This document shows, piece after piece, positions 24,160 to 33,676 of a stretch of 49,852 nucleotides of DNA. The notes beneath the pieces were generated by a model. That model was not told where the DNA came from. It did no database searches and saw only the letters and a program-made list of their open reading frames with translations. Within the stretch, counting starts at the first letter, position 1. The number at the start of each line of letters is the position of its first letter. A program made the translations under genes and the position numbers. The stretch is from Candidatus Micrarchaeota archaeon (lineage in GTDB: Archaea > Micrarchaeota > Micrarchaeia > Anstonellales > Bilamarchaeaceae), in contig JACCLJ010000053.1 of assembly GCA_013425425.1 (NCBI GenBank), positions 1 to 49,852 on the forward strand, in the 5' to 3' direction.

Positions 24160-24612
24160 TCAGACTATCCTCAGGCTCGTTTTCGTCTTCATGTAATTCA
24201 GTACCTTTTCGTATCCTATATAATGCGCGTAGGCATTCACCGCGATACCGTGCACTCCTGGTCTTGTCTGGGTGCTTGCCCATATCGGGATTGCGGCACG
24301 CGCCGTTTCCCCGGGCCTTACCTCCCCCAGCCTCTTTTCCATCGCCTTGTTTATGCAGGTCGGCTCGAATCCTATAAGGGCTTCCTTCGGAAGAAGGACG
24401 TCAACCGACACCAGCTGCGGGTCTTTTGTCAGGTTCGTCAGCTTTACGACGAGATTAACCGAATTCTTCTGATTGGCGCTCAGCCTGAGCGGCGTGAAAG
24501 ACATGCTTATATTGAACGGTTTCGCGAGTATCCTTCCACCGGTTATCTCCCGTTTTCCTTCCTCAGCCTTCTTCTCTCCTGTTAACCAGTCCATAAGTCC
24601 CATAAACACCAC
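24160..24612 (-). CDS. Orphan protein, about 147 aa, predicted beta-rich
   Basis: ORF with plausible composition. ATG 24603 is likely (GTG at 24612 in the track). TATA-like AAATATAAGG about 45 nt upstream. No family recognised. Confidence 0.55.
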   Translation of the reverse strand: MVFMGLMDWLTGEKKAEEGKREITGGRILAKPFNISMSFTPLRLSANQKNSVNLVVKLTNLTKDPQLVSVDVLLPKEALIGFEPTCINKAMEKRLGEVRPGETARAAIPIWASTQTRPGVHGIAVNAYAHYIGYEKVLNYMKTKTSLRIV

Positions 24613-24662
24613 ATGGCCTTTTGGCCGCTCATCGTTTGCGTTTACCCTTATATTTAGCAGGG

Positions 24663-24672
24663 TATTTAAAAA
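24663..24672 (+). promoter_or_regulatory. TATA box (TATTTAAAAA) for the 24713 gene
   Basis: Followed by GAGGTG (24702-24707) and ATG 24713. Confidence 0.5.
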
Positions 24673-24712
24673 TGTTTTTCAATTAACCTATTTCTTATCG
24701 AGAGGTGTTAGA

Positions 24713-26140
24713 ATGGACGTTAAAGAAAAATTGCTTATTACGGCATTTATCGCACTTGTGGCAGTAGCGGTTTACCTAGCTTTCATCGCCCCGCAGCCCC
24801 CGCCTCCACCGGACAGTGGCCCCGCAGAGGGGCTTCTGGCAAAGGCAGTGGAAGTTGGAAAAGGGCAGAACGAATATTTCTTTTCATTCAGGGAAACGAG
24901 CGACGGCTATTCCGCCGAATATGATCTGCTCGCGAAAAACGGGCAGAAGATGATGGAGGTACGCAACCCGCTCGCGACAAAACAGCTCTATTTCCTCAGC
25001 AACGACATCGTGCTATGCGCGCAATTCATGAACGTCCAGGGCTGCTCATCCGTGATAAACAACACCGATGCTGCATTCCAAAACTACCTGCTCTCCCTCC
25101 AGTCGCGTTTCTTTGACAACACGAGCATGGACACGGAGAAGGAGGATATGGACTATTTCATCCAGCACGGCTATCTCACCATCTCACCGGAGATTGCGGA
25201 TAAGAGCGTGAACGGCCATGCATGCAGCGAGATAAGCTATGCCATGGATTTCACGAACATGACCTCCGGGGAGCTCTACCGCTTCGGCATCTCGCCCGAT
25301 TCGCCCCAGCGTTTCGACTGGAAACTCTGCATTGACAATTCAACCGGCCTCGTCTATTCGAAGCATTTCAGCTATTCCTACCAGGGCAAGGAACACCAGT
25401 GGGAGTTCATTCTCCTCGGTGCTGACTGGAACCCGGCGCAGCAGATTGCCCCGCCGGAAAACCTTACCGAAGGCCTCGCATACGAGATATTGGTAGAAGA
25501 GATGGAATGGCAGGCGGAGCTCAGGAGCTGCTACGATGAGACCGGAGATACGCGGGACAAATGCTTCTCCGACCTTGCGCTCGAGCTCAAGATGAGGAGC
25601 ATCTGCGAACTTGCAGGCGCGAAGAGGGACCAGTGCATCGTCAGGCTTGTGCCCATGCTGCTGGACGACAGCCTCTGCACGCTGATCAACAATGCCACAT
25701 TCAAGGACGACTGCTACGTGGAGCTTGCAGGCGGCAATAAGGAAAGCAGCTACTGCTCCATGATTGCAGATGCAACCAAAAGGGAATTCTGCATGAACAT
25801 ATCCGTGCCGACGAACCAGACCGGCATCCCCAACCCCGCGGCGGTCAATTGCGAAAACAAAGGATACGCATATGAGATACGCTCGAATGAAGCAGGAGAA
25901 TACGGCGTCTGCAGCTACGGCGGCAGGGAATGCGAGGAATGGGCATTATATCGCGGCGAGTGCTGCCTCCTGGCTGAAGACTGCTCCGGCGGTGTCTGCA
26001 CGAATGGCATCTGCATCGTGCCCGAAACAGGCAATGCAACCGGCGGGAACAGCACGGATCCCGGCCAATTCATGCAGTACATAGACCCCTTCGGAGAGGA
26101 CAACGAGACCGGCAATACGACGAATTCGAGCGGCGGGTAG
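24713..26140 (+). CDS. N-terminally anchored extracellular protein with Cys-rich helical repeats and a C-terminal DUF333-like module
   Basis: Start ATG 24713 (MDVKEKLLITAFIALVAVAVYLAF, then PQPPPPPD). NPAAVNCENKGYAYE...GVCSYGGRECEEWALYRGEC matches the DUF333 consensus as I recall it. The tail carries NxS/T sequons. Confidence 0.75.
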   Translation: MDVKEKLLITAFIALVAVAVYLAFIAPQPPPPPDSGPAEGLLAKAVEVGKGQNEYFFSFRETSDGYSAEYDLLAKNGQKMMEVRNPLATKQLYFLSNDIVLCAQFMNVQGCSSVINNTDAAFQNYLLSLQSRFFDNTSMDTEKEDMDYFIQHGYLTISPEIADKSVNGHACSEISYAMDFTNMTSGELYRFGISPDSPQRFDWKLCIDNSTGLVYSKHFSYSYQGKEHQWEFILLGADWNPAQQIAPPENLTEGLAYEILVEEMEWQAELRSCYDETGDTRDKCFSDLALELKMRSICELAGAKRDQCIVRLVPMLLDDSLCTLINNATFKDDCYVELAGGNKESSYCSMIADATKREFCMNISVPTNQTGIPNPAAVNCENKGYAYEIRSNEAGEYGVCSYGGRECEEWALYRGECCLLAEDCSGGVCTNGICIVPETGNATGGNSTDPGQFMQYIDPFGEDNETGNTTNSSGG

Positions 26141-26146
26141 GAGTTT

Positions 26147-28672
26147 CTACTCCAAGGGGCAGACATATAAGTACGATGCGGCAGAGGTCGAACCTACATA
26201 AGTTACCGCCGTTCGACCAATTGCCAACGCACCTAGGTACATTGTTCCTTCCCTAAAAATATTTGTTATCGTACCGGCACTAAGGTCAGCTATGAATAAA
26301 CCCGTTCTTTCCCCATCACCGCCATAGAAAACTACTTTATTTTCCCATATATCGGACCGTTCAGCAAATGAAAAACCATCTGCCAGCAAAGTGGTTTCTC
26401 CACTTGGTATATCGTATAAAAATACGTCGCTGTCATGAACTGCACGCTCGACATCAAAAACTATTTTATCCCCATAAATTACGTTGACACGACCGCCGAT
26501 TTCACCGTAGCTAGGTATGTGTTGCAGGTTTCCAGAATCAAAATCATAAATATATAACTCAGGCCTCCATTCAACTGCTTCCCTGTCACGGATTACGGCC
26601 GTTATTTTCGAATCATAAACTCCAGTAGGTGGTATGTCAAACACTTCAAAACTCTCAGGTAAGATGTATTCCTGAACATCACTCGTAACGAGGTCGTACA
26701 TCTTAAGAGTCCACGGCTCGCCAGGAGTTTGTTTCATATAACCCATTCTGTTTCCCTGTATGCCCGGCCAGCTGCCTTCATCAACCATCTCTATATTCTC
26801 TTCACCCAATCGATAAACACAAACACCGTCGCAAGACGTGCCACTGCAGTTCATTACTATCGTATTCTCCCAAATATGTGGCCATAGAGCCGTAGGACTG
26901 CATTCTTCCGTAGCAGGTACGTCCCTGATTTCCTTAGTCTGCACGTCGCCATACTTTAAGATGCCGTCTTGAAAGAAAACCACAGTATTCTCATAAATAT
27001 CTGGTGCGCTAATCGAAGTGCCCGATGCGAGTTCGTAGCAGACCTCCTCATTTGCCAGTTCTAAAGCTCCAGCAACATCCAATACGCCCGCCCCTACATC
27101 CCGGCACCCATCTCCTTTCCTTGCCGACCTCATCAAGATATCTTTCACTTTTACTGGCCGAAATTGTGGATATTCTCCAAAAACTAGTGCAGCAGCACCT
27201 GCAACCATGGGTGCCGAAAGGGAAGTGCCGTTACCTATAACAAGACTCCCATCTGTTCTTTCCCAGTCAGGCATGGCTATGCGATATCCGGGTGCCGAAA
27301 GTTCTACGACTGTTCCTTCTACTGTAAAGTAATGGCCTAGTGTAGAAAGATCGCTGCAAGACGCGCATTCGCATCTGTGTAAATATCGTCTTGGTTCGCA
27401 TAGCGGACCGAGCGCAACCCAATCCATCGTGCACGTCGGATCATCCCAGTCATCTGTCGCTCCAACTAAAATGGCGTTATCCACATAATAATACTCGGAA
27501 GCGCTATGATCTTCGGGAAGCCATTTATCGTCATGCTTAAAACCGTCATTTCCTGCCGCAAAAACAACCAATACATCGTTTTTATATGCCAAACGCATCG
27601 CAGGAAGAAACTCATTTCTAAAATAAGCGCGATCCTCCAGCGTTGCTTGTCCGGTGCATGCATCATTATGGCATGCAGACAAAGATATATTCATGACCTT
27701 CGCGCCCATCCTAATAGCTAATTCTGCAGCTGCTTGAACATCTCCCATTATTACTCCACGTGTGCTGTTAACGACATCTACCGTTATGAGTGGGTTCTTC
27801 CAAGCAATTCCAAAACCACCAACACCATCGTCACCTCTTGCTCCCGTCATTGCTCCAACTACCGTCCCATGTTCTCCCTCTGAAGATTTGATGATACAGC
27901 CTTCAATTGGCTCAATATCACTGCCATAATAAATAGTTCCATCTTCGAAAATGCATCTTAATCCTACTCTTATATCTTTACCAGAAAAATGGCCAGAACC
28001 TACTCTGATACCCGAATCGAGGATAGCGATGGGAACTTCCGACGAGCCAGTCGTTATATCCCACGCTTCTCTCAAATCTATTTTATCAGCCCAATAAAAA
28101 CCGTTTATTGCATCTCCAACGATATTGGGATTTGGATCCAAAAGCGGAGTAAGTACGGTATTCGGCGAAGCGATCCAAACACCTTCCTTTTCTTTCAACT
28201 CATCCAAGATATTTGATAAATCGTCTCCATTTCTAAGTTCGTATTGTACCATCTTCATATCGGGAATCTGACCAACATGTTTTGCTCCTCTTGCAGCTAA
28301 CCACTCCTTTACTTCTTGTATATGAGGGAGGGTTGCTTCTTCCGTGAAGGTTACAAGTACTTGATTCTTTGCAACCTGTGTTGGTGACAAACCCTCTTGC
28401 TGAAAAGACATAAATTTATCTGTAGTTTTGATGTATGTTGCATTAGGAGGCATCTCTGGTATTTCTACATTGTCATTTTTTGCACATCCCGCGATTCCAA
28501 GGAATGCAGAAAGCCCAGCAGTTAAAAGAAATTTACTTAATTCTCGAAAACGTTTAAGCGTCTTTTTGGTCTCTCCCCTTTCAAAAGCAGATTTCCTTCT
28601 AACAGCATCAAATTCATTTTTCTCTTCTATTCTTTCATTATTCCCCATCGCTTTGGTATGTCGTAAAAACAT
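26147..28672 (-). CDS. Subtilisin-family (S8) serine protease, lipobox/TM-anchored, with I9-like propeptide and C-terminal beta-propeller-type repeats
   Basis: Catalytic D (AILDSGI), H (GEHGTVVGA), N (AAGNDG), S (GTSLSAPMVAGAAAL). N-terminal LSAFLGIAGC. C-terminal repeats of the type (I/W)(Y/E)(G/N).(K/T)(I/V)V(F/M)....D(I/V)(F/Y)(L/I).D. Confidence 0.88.
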   Translation of the reverse strand: MFLRHTKAMGNNERIEEKNEFDAVRRKSAFERGETKKTLKRFRELSKFLLTAGLSAFLGIAGCAKNDNVEIPEMPPNATYIKTTDKFMSFQQEGLSPTQVAKNQVLVTFTEEATLPHIQEVKEWLAARGAKHVGQIPDMKMVQYELRNGDDLSNILDELKEKEGVWIASPNTVLTPLLDPNPNIVGDAINGFYWADKIDLREAWDITTGSSEVPIAILDSGIRVGSGHFSGKDIRVGLRCIFEDGTIYYGSDIEPIEGCIIKSSEGEHGTVVGAMTGARGDDGVGGFGIAWKNPLITVDVVNSTRGVIMGDVQAAAELAIRMGAKVMNISLSACHNDACTGQATLEDRAYFRNEFLPAMRLAYKNDVLVVFAAGNDGFKHDDKWLPEDHSASEYYYVDNAILVGATDDWDDPTCTMDWVALGPLCEPRRYLHRCECASCSDLSTLGHYFTVEGTVVELSAPGYRIAMPDWERTDGSLVIGNGTSLSAPMVAGAAALVFGEYPQFRPVKVKDILMRSARKGDGCRDVGAGVLDVAGALELANEEVCYELASGTSISAPDIYENTVVFFQDGILKYGDVQTKEIRDVPATEECSPTALWPHIWENTIVMNCSGTSCDGVCVYRLGEENIEMVDEGSWPGIQGNRMGYMKQTPGEPWTLKMYDLVTSDVQEYILPESFEVFDIPPTGVYDSKITAVIRDREAVEWRPELYIYDFDSGNLQHIPSYGEIGGRVNVIYGDKIVFDVERAVHDSDVFLYDIPSGETTLLADGFSFAERSDIWENKVVFYGGDGERTGLFIADLSAGTITNIFREGTMYLGALAIGRTAVTYVGSTSAASYLYVCPLE

Positions 28673-28696
28673 CTTCCCACCGACTTAATTTGACCA

Positions 28697-29197
28697 TCAT
28701 CTTTTCCTTTTCTGATGCCAACTCACTATTCTTAAAATCACAGCCAATAACAACAAAATAAGGAGGACAGGTGTAAACCACGAGGTGTTTCCTTTTTTTA
28801 GCTCTGGGAAGCACATGCTTAGCCCAGTCGTGGGCGAAGCAGTCAACACTTCCTTCCTGTTCCTTAGAATTTCCAAGACCTCGGTCAGATTATCATCCTC
28901 TCCAAGCTGATACTGATATGCTCTCATATACGACACATTTCCAATGAACCTCGCCCCTCTTTCTGCAAACCAATTCTGAAGATTATTTACGTCCTCTCCG
29001 GTCGTATTTTCCGTTAAAGTCACCAAAATGACGTGGCACTCGATGTTATTAGTAGGCGGCGGTGTTATGATATTGAATTTATACAATACAATCGGCATCG
29101 CTAAATATGCCGCGACCAGCAAAATCGCTAAAATAAACAACCAAAGAGAAGCTTTATCCAGTATCTCCGGCCAGTTTCGCTGCGAACCCATGCACAT
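28697..29197 (-). CDS. Free-standing propeptide (I9-like) paralogue flanked by two TM helices
   Basis: aa 55-126 (VILVTLTENTTGEDVNNLQNWFAERGARFIGNVSYMRAYQYQLGEDDNLTEVLEILRNRKEVLTASPTTGL) aligns by hand with aa 104-175 of the S8 protease. TM helices at both ends. 24 nt upstream of the protease gene. Confidence 0.65.
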   Translation of the reverse strand: MCMGSQRNWPEILDKASLWLFILAILLVAAYLAMPIVLYKFNIITPPPTNNIECHVILVTLTENTTGEDVNNLQNWFAERGARFIGNVSYMRAYQYQLGEDDNLTEVLEILRNRKEVLTASPTTGLSMCFPELKKGNTSWFTPVLLILLLLAVILRIVSWHQKRKR

Positions 29198-29386
29198 TAT
29201 TCCCTCGAAACGTCTTTTAACGGCTTCGAAATTACTGCCTCAGTAAACCGCAGCATAATCCCTCTTTTTTCTTCTTTTTCCGGTCTTTTTCTACGCCGTG
29301 GTATACGCCACTTTTTAACCCTAAAATACACAAAAACCAACCTTTAAATAAGGTTTCGGACACAATTAACTTACCGGGTAATAAGT

Positions 29387-30229
29387 ATGAGCAAGGAACT
29401 GCAAAAGCAAAGAATACCTAACGAAGTCCATCCCGTTCGTTCAGTCAAATCCATAATCAGCAAATATCTGGTAACCGGGGCGGCAGTGCTTGCGCTCGGC
29501 TGCGGCGCGCAGGCGACAGGCAACCTAGTCGCAAGCCTCGTGAATGTTCCGATGGGAACCACCAAGACCAGCACCACGCAGGTCATACCCGATAAAAACA
29601 AAGTAGCTGAGACAGACAAGAAAGAGGAAAAGAAAACCGAGATTTCAATCAATGAGTTGAAGGGCTATCAGCTGAAATTCAAAGAGAAACAGGGAGCGTA
29701 TTATGACCAACTTTTCGAAAATGAGAACGGTTTCTATTCTGATATAGGTTTCAAGAAACCGATTCTTCTCGAGAACGGGAAAAAGTCTGTAACAGCAATA
29801 CTATCAATATCCTATGCTACTGAAGTAGTTAAAAAAGGAGGAAACGATGCCGCCAGCGTGCTAATCAGAGTGTACGATATCAAAGAAGATGATTTAGCAA
29901 TGACCGGCAAAGTGACGAGTGGCTGGGTGCTAGATTTTGACAAATTAAGAAAAGAATACAAAGCATTGACCGGTAAAGAACTGAAATACGTGCATACTAT
30001 CGTCGAACACGATGGTAAAGGCAAAGACGAATATATTCAATTCTATGTAATACCTGCTACTTCCAAGAAGATGGTCGAGAAAGGCATTGTAGAGTTGGGA
30101 ATGCCAATCGAGATATTGAATTTGAAATATGATTCAGAGGCCGATAAATATAAGTTGACGACCTTCTCAGATTTTATAACTTCTTCTTCAGCGCCTAATG
30201 TGAGTAATGAAGTATTAGTAAAGAAATAG
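29387..30229 (+). CDS. Lipobox-type secreted orphan protein
   Basis: VTGAAVLALGCG signal, Lys/Glu-rich linker, beta-rich body. TATA-like CCTTTAAATAAGG about 35 nt upstream. Confidence 0.6.
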   Translation: MSKELQKQRIPNEVHPVRSVKSIISKYLVTGAAVLALGCGAQATGNLVASLVNVPMGTTKTSTTQVIPDKNKVAETDKKEEKKTEISINELKGYQLKFKEKQGAYYDQLFENENGFYSDIGFKKPILLENGKKSVTAILSISYATEVVKKGGNDAASVLIRVYDIKEDDLAMTGKVTSGWVLDFDKLRKEYKALTGKELKYVHTIVEHDGKGKDEYIQFYVIPATSKKMVEKGIVELGMPIEILNLKYDSEADKYKLTTFSDFITSSSAPNVSNEVLVKK

Positions 30230-30265
30230 AAGCATTTTATTTCTTTTCCTCTTTAATCTTAATTT

Positions 30266-31348
30266 ATGGTAGATATAGCTAAAACAAAAGAAGGTAAAGA
30301 AGCAGTCGAAGCTCCAGAAGAACAACTTATCCAAACTGCTAATAATAAGTTGGCAATATACACAAACCCATTCACTCACTCTGCTCCCATAGAACAAAAA
30401 GAAAAGTTGAACACCCAGATGGGCAACCTTATCAAAAATCAGACGGAAGGGCAGTTCAAGACGACCCATAAGGAATTTGCGGATTATTTCGAAATGCTTG
30501 CAAAGAACGATACCGGAATGTTCAATAAGCTGAGAACCGATGCCGGCCTGACCATGATACACGTATCCGACCCGGCGCTTATGCACGCCGCCGCGAACGA
30601 GCTCGCCACCACCGTTCTCAAGGAAACGCTCAGAAGGCAGGAAACGACAGTCACCTGGCTGAAAGAGATAGAGAAGATAAAGAAATTTGGAGATGCGGAG
30701 GGCGCGAAAGAACTCGACAACATGCTTGAGCAGGCGCTGAAAACGAAAAACAAGGCCGACTGGGACCTCTACGTGCAGGAACAGAAGACGAAACTCGTGG
30801 AAGAGGGAAAGACCGACCTGGCGGCTTCGCTGGGGGAGGTCCAAGAGGCTTCGGCAAACAAATGGCTTGAATTGAAGAGCTGGAAGCCGCTCTCTGCAAT
30901 GAAAGATTTCATACCCGCCATGCTGGCAAAGCATGCAGGCGAATACGCCGCCAAGCTGATGGAAAATATTGACGGCTACCTGAGGGAATACCTCGAAAGA
31001 TCGACCGCTGTTTTTGACGGAAAGAAGGACATGAGCAGGGAAGAAAAGAAAATGATGGCCCATGAACTGGAAGAAGCGCAAAAGGCAATGGAAAAACTGG
31101 AAGAGAAGGGCGGAAACAAAAAACTGTTCGAGAAAAATTTCGAGAAGCATCTCAAGATGGAGTTAGCTGCGATGCAGAAGAGCATCAGCGATGAAAGTAT
31201 CCTGAAAGCCGTAAATAAGCTGAATTCCGATGCTTCAAAGCTGGACTCTGCCGACCTTATGCTTGAGAATATGCATCCTTCCGTGGCAGGCGGGGTTTTG
31301 AGGGCTTATCGTAAATCAGCCGCTGACACGGCCATGGCGATGGCATGA
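30266..31348 (+). CDS. Orphan coiled-coil/helical protein
   Basis: Long Lys/Glu/Ala-rich heptad-like sequence. ATGA overlap with the downstream glycosyltransferase. Sharp base-composition step inside the ORF near 30540. Confidence 0.55.
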   Translation: MVDIAKTKEGKEAVEAPEEQLIQTANNKLAIYTNPFTHSAPIEQKEKLNTQMGNLIKNQTEGQFKTTHKEFADYFEMLAKNDTGMFNKLRTDAGLTMIHVSDPALMHAAANELATTVLKETLRRQETTVTWLKEIEKIKKFGDAEGAKELDNMLEQALKTKNKADWDLYVQEQKTKLVEEGKTDLAASLGEVQEASANKWLELKSWKPLSAMKDFIPAMLAKHAGEYAAKLMENIDGYLREYLERSTAVFDGKKDMSREEKKMMAHELEEAQKAMEKLEEKGGNKKLFEKNFEKHLKMELAAMQKSISDESILKAVNKLNSDASKLDSADLMLENMHPSVAGGVLRAYRKSAADTAMAMA

Positions 31349-32496
31349 AAATAGCAGTATTCACCGAAACTTATCATCCGCAGGTAAACGGCGTCGTCGT
31401 CTTCCTTTCGGACATCCTTCCTCTTCTTTCAAAAAAAGCCAGGATAGTGTTATTCGCGCCGGGCGGAAACAGGCTGAAAATGGAGAATATAAACCGCAAT
31501 TTCAAAATTTACTGGGTGCCTGCGCTTCCATTTCCTTTATACGAAGGATACAGGATGTCAACAATCCTGCCGAAGGAACTGAAAAAAATACTCAAAGAGG
31601 AGAAGCCGGACGTCGTCCATCTCCATGCGCCGGTATTGATGGGCCTGAACGCGATGCGGGTTTCAAGGAAGCTCGGGCTGCCCGTCGTTGCGACGTACCA
31701 TACCCATTTTCCCGATTACATTCCGCATCTTTTCATGGGGCATCTGCCCAAATCCCTTGCAGAGCTTGCGAAATCACCTGTAAAAAAGATGATAGCATAC
31801 GTATTTTCGAAAGCAGACTGCACAACCGCGCCTACTGCCGAGCTTAGGAAGGAGCTCGAAGGCTACGGCGTAAGAAACGTCCTGCACGTGCCGAACGGCG
31901 TGCGTTTTGACAAATTCGGAAAAAGCAACGCAACGGGTTTTCTGAAAAAATACAAAATACCGGAGGACAAGCCGGTAGTCCTGTATGTCGGGAGGGTAAG
32001 CTTTGAAAAAAAGCTCGAAGTCCTCTTGAATGCTTTTAAGAAAATCAGGAATGCCACGCTCGTTATTGTCGGTTCGGGGCCATCGCTGAAGGATTACAAA
32101 AAATTGGCAAAATCGCTGGAACTGGAAAACGTAGTTTTCACAGAGTATGTGGGCGCCAGCAGCCTTCCTGACGCATACGCGGCAGCGGATATTTTCGCTT
32201 CGCCTTCGGACAGCGAGACTTTCGGTCTTACATTCGTAGAAGCGATGTACTTTGGTCTCCCGGTAATAGGCGTAAACCGGCTTGGCGCAAAGGAAGTCAT
32301 ACGCAACAAAAGCAACGGTTTTCTCGTAAAGCCGGACGATGCGGATGGGTTTGCAGAAAAAATAACCCTCCTGCTTGAAAAACCGGAACTTCGCAAAAAA
32401 CTTGGTGCACAGGGCAAGAAGGATTCAAAGAAATACGATATGGAAAGGGTAGCCGAAAAATTCCTGAAGCTTTACGGAAAGCTGGCTAAATCCTGA
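31345..32496 (+). CDS. Glycosyltransferase family 4 (GT-B fold)
   Basis: IAVFTETYHPQVNGV N-terminus. GRVSFEKKLEVLL, PSDSETFGLTFVEAMYFGLPVIG (E-x7-E region). Confidence 0.88.
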   Translation: MKIAVFTETYHPQVNGVVVFLSDILPLLSKKARIVLFAPGGNRLKMENINRNFKIYWVPALPFPLYEGYRMSTILPKELKKILKEEKPDVVHLHAPVLMGLNAMRVSRKLGLPVVATYHTHFPDYIPHLFMGHLPKSLAELAKSPVKKMIAYVFSKADCTTAPTAELRKELEGYGVRNVLHVPNGVRFDKFGKSNATGFLKKYKIPEDKPVVLYVGRVSFEKKLEVLLNAFKKIRNATLVIVGSGPSLKDYKKLAKSLELENVVFTEYVGASSLPDAYAAADIFASPSDSETFGLTFVEAMYFGLPVIGVNRLGAKEVIRNKSNGFLVKPDDADGFAEKITLLLEKPELRKKLGAQGKKDSKKYDMERVAEKFLKLYGKLAKS

Positions 32497-33670
32497 ATTT
32501 CTTCTCGTTCTCTTCCAATGCCTTTATTCCCGGCAGCTCTTTCCCGGAAAGATATTTTATCAGCGCTTTTCCCGAAAGGCTCACATAACCGAACTTTTTC
32601 TTATCCATGCCGAACTTCGCAAGCGCGCTTATGGTATGCCCTCCTCCGATAAGGGAGAATGCCTTAGAATGCATTATCGCTTCGAGAACCCGCCTCGTTC
32701 CATAAGCGAATTCTTCCATCTCATAAACGCCCACCGGCCCGTTCATCACGACGGCTTCGGATTCCGATATTATCCTGGCATATCTCTCCGCGGTTTTTCT
32801 GCCTATGTCGAATATCTTGCCATTCGCTATCTTTCCGGAATCGCACTCGACGCGCCTATCCTCAATATTCAGCCCTACGTCTTCCGGAAGCTCGATGCTG
32901 TTTCCGAATTCGGCAAGCATCTTTTTCGCATCCTCAAAATGTTCGTTAAGCCCGGTTTCCTCGAGGTATTCGTTTGATTCGCCCACCTGGAACCCCTTCG
33001 CCTTAAGGAAAAGAATGGACAATGCCCCCCCGATAAGGACTTTCTTTGCCTTGCCTTCCCTAAGCCAGTTTTTCATTATGCCGAAGGAATCATTCCCCTT
33101 CGAGCCCCCAAGCACGAACGTGACGCCCTCCACATGCCTCAACGATTCCAGCGCCTTCACCTCATCGGCAAGCACGTCCCCATAAAAAGAAGGCAGTTTC
33201 CTCGCAAACCCGACAACGCTCGAATGCGCCCTGTGCGCAACGCTCAGCGCATCAAGCACGAAATAATCCGCAAGCGGGGAAAGCTCCTTCACTATGCTGC
33301 CCTCTTCCATCGTTTCGCAGTCAAGCATCCGCACGTTCTCAAGCAGAAGCACTTCGCCGTCCTTCAGGCTTTCAATCGCCTTTTTCGCCTTCTCCTCGAC
33401 AAGATTATCCACGTAGGTTAGTGATATTCCCGTGGTTTCGCTCAAAACTCCCGCATGCTGCTTCAGCGTCATGAAATCCTCGCCGCCCTTCCTTCCCTGG
33501 TGCGCAAGCACGATTATCCTGGCTCCGCGCGCTGCAAGCTCCTTTATCGTTTTTGAATGCGCTTCAATCCTCTCGCCCGGAACTATCCTGCCGTTTTCTA
33601 TGGCGCAGTTACAGTCAACCCGCAAAAGTATCTTCTTTCCCTTTACCGGATAGCCGGAAATCCTTCTCAT
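32486..33670 (-). CDS. pgk: Phosphoglycerate kinase
   Basis: KKILLRVDCN, ILAHQGRKG, GGSKGNDSF, NGPVGVYE, GGGHT motifs. 11-nt convergent overlap with the GT4 gene. Confidence 0.92.
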   Translation of the reverse strand: MRRISGYPVKGKKILLRVDCNCAIENGRIVPGERIEAHSKTIKELAARGARIIVLAHQGRKGGEDFMTLKQHAGVLSETTGISLTYVDNLVEEKAKKAIESLKDGEVLLLENVRMLDCETMEEGSIVKELSPLADYFVLDALSVAHRAHSSVVGFARKLPSFYGDVLADEVKALESLRHVEGVTFVLGGSKGNDSFGIMKNWLREGKAKKVLIGGALSILFLKAKGFQVGESNEYLEETGLNEHFEDAKKMLAEFGNSIELPEDVGLNIEDRRVECDSGKIANGKIFDIGRKTAERYARIISESEAVVMNGPVGVYEMEEFAYGTRRVLEAIMHSKAFSLIGGGHTISALAKFGMDKKKFGYVSLSGKALIKYLSGKELPGIKALEENEKKFRI

Positions 33671-33676
33671 GCCAAC

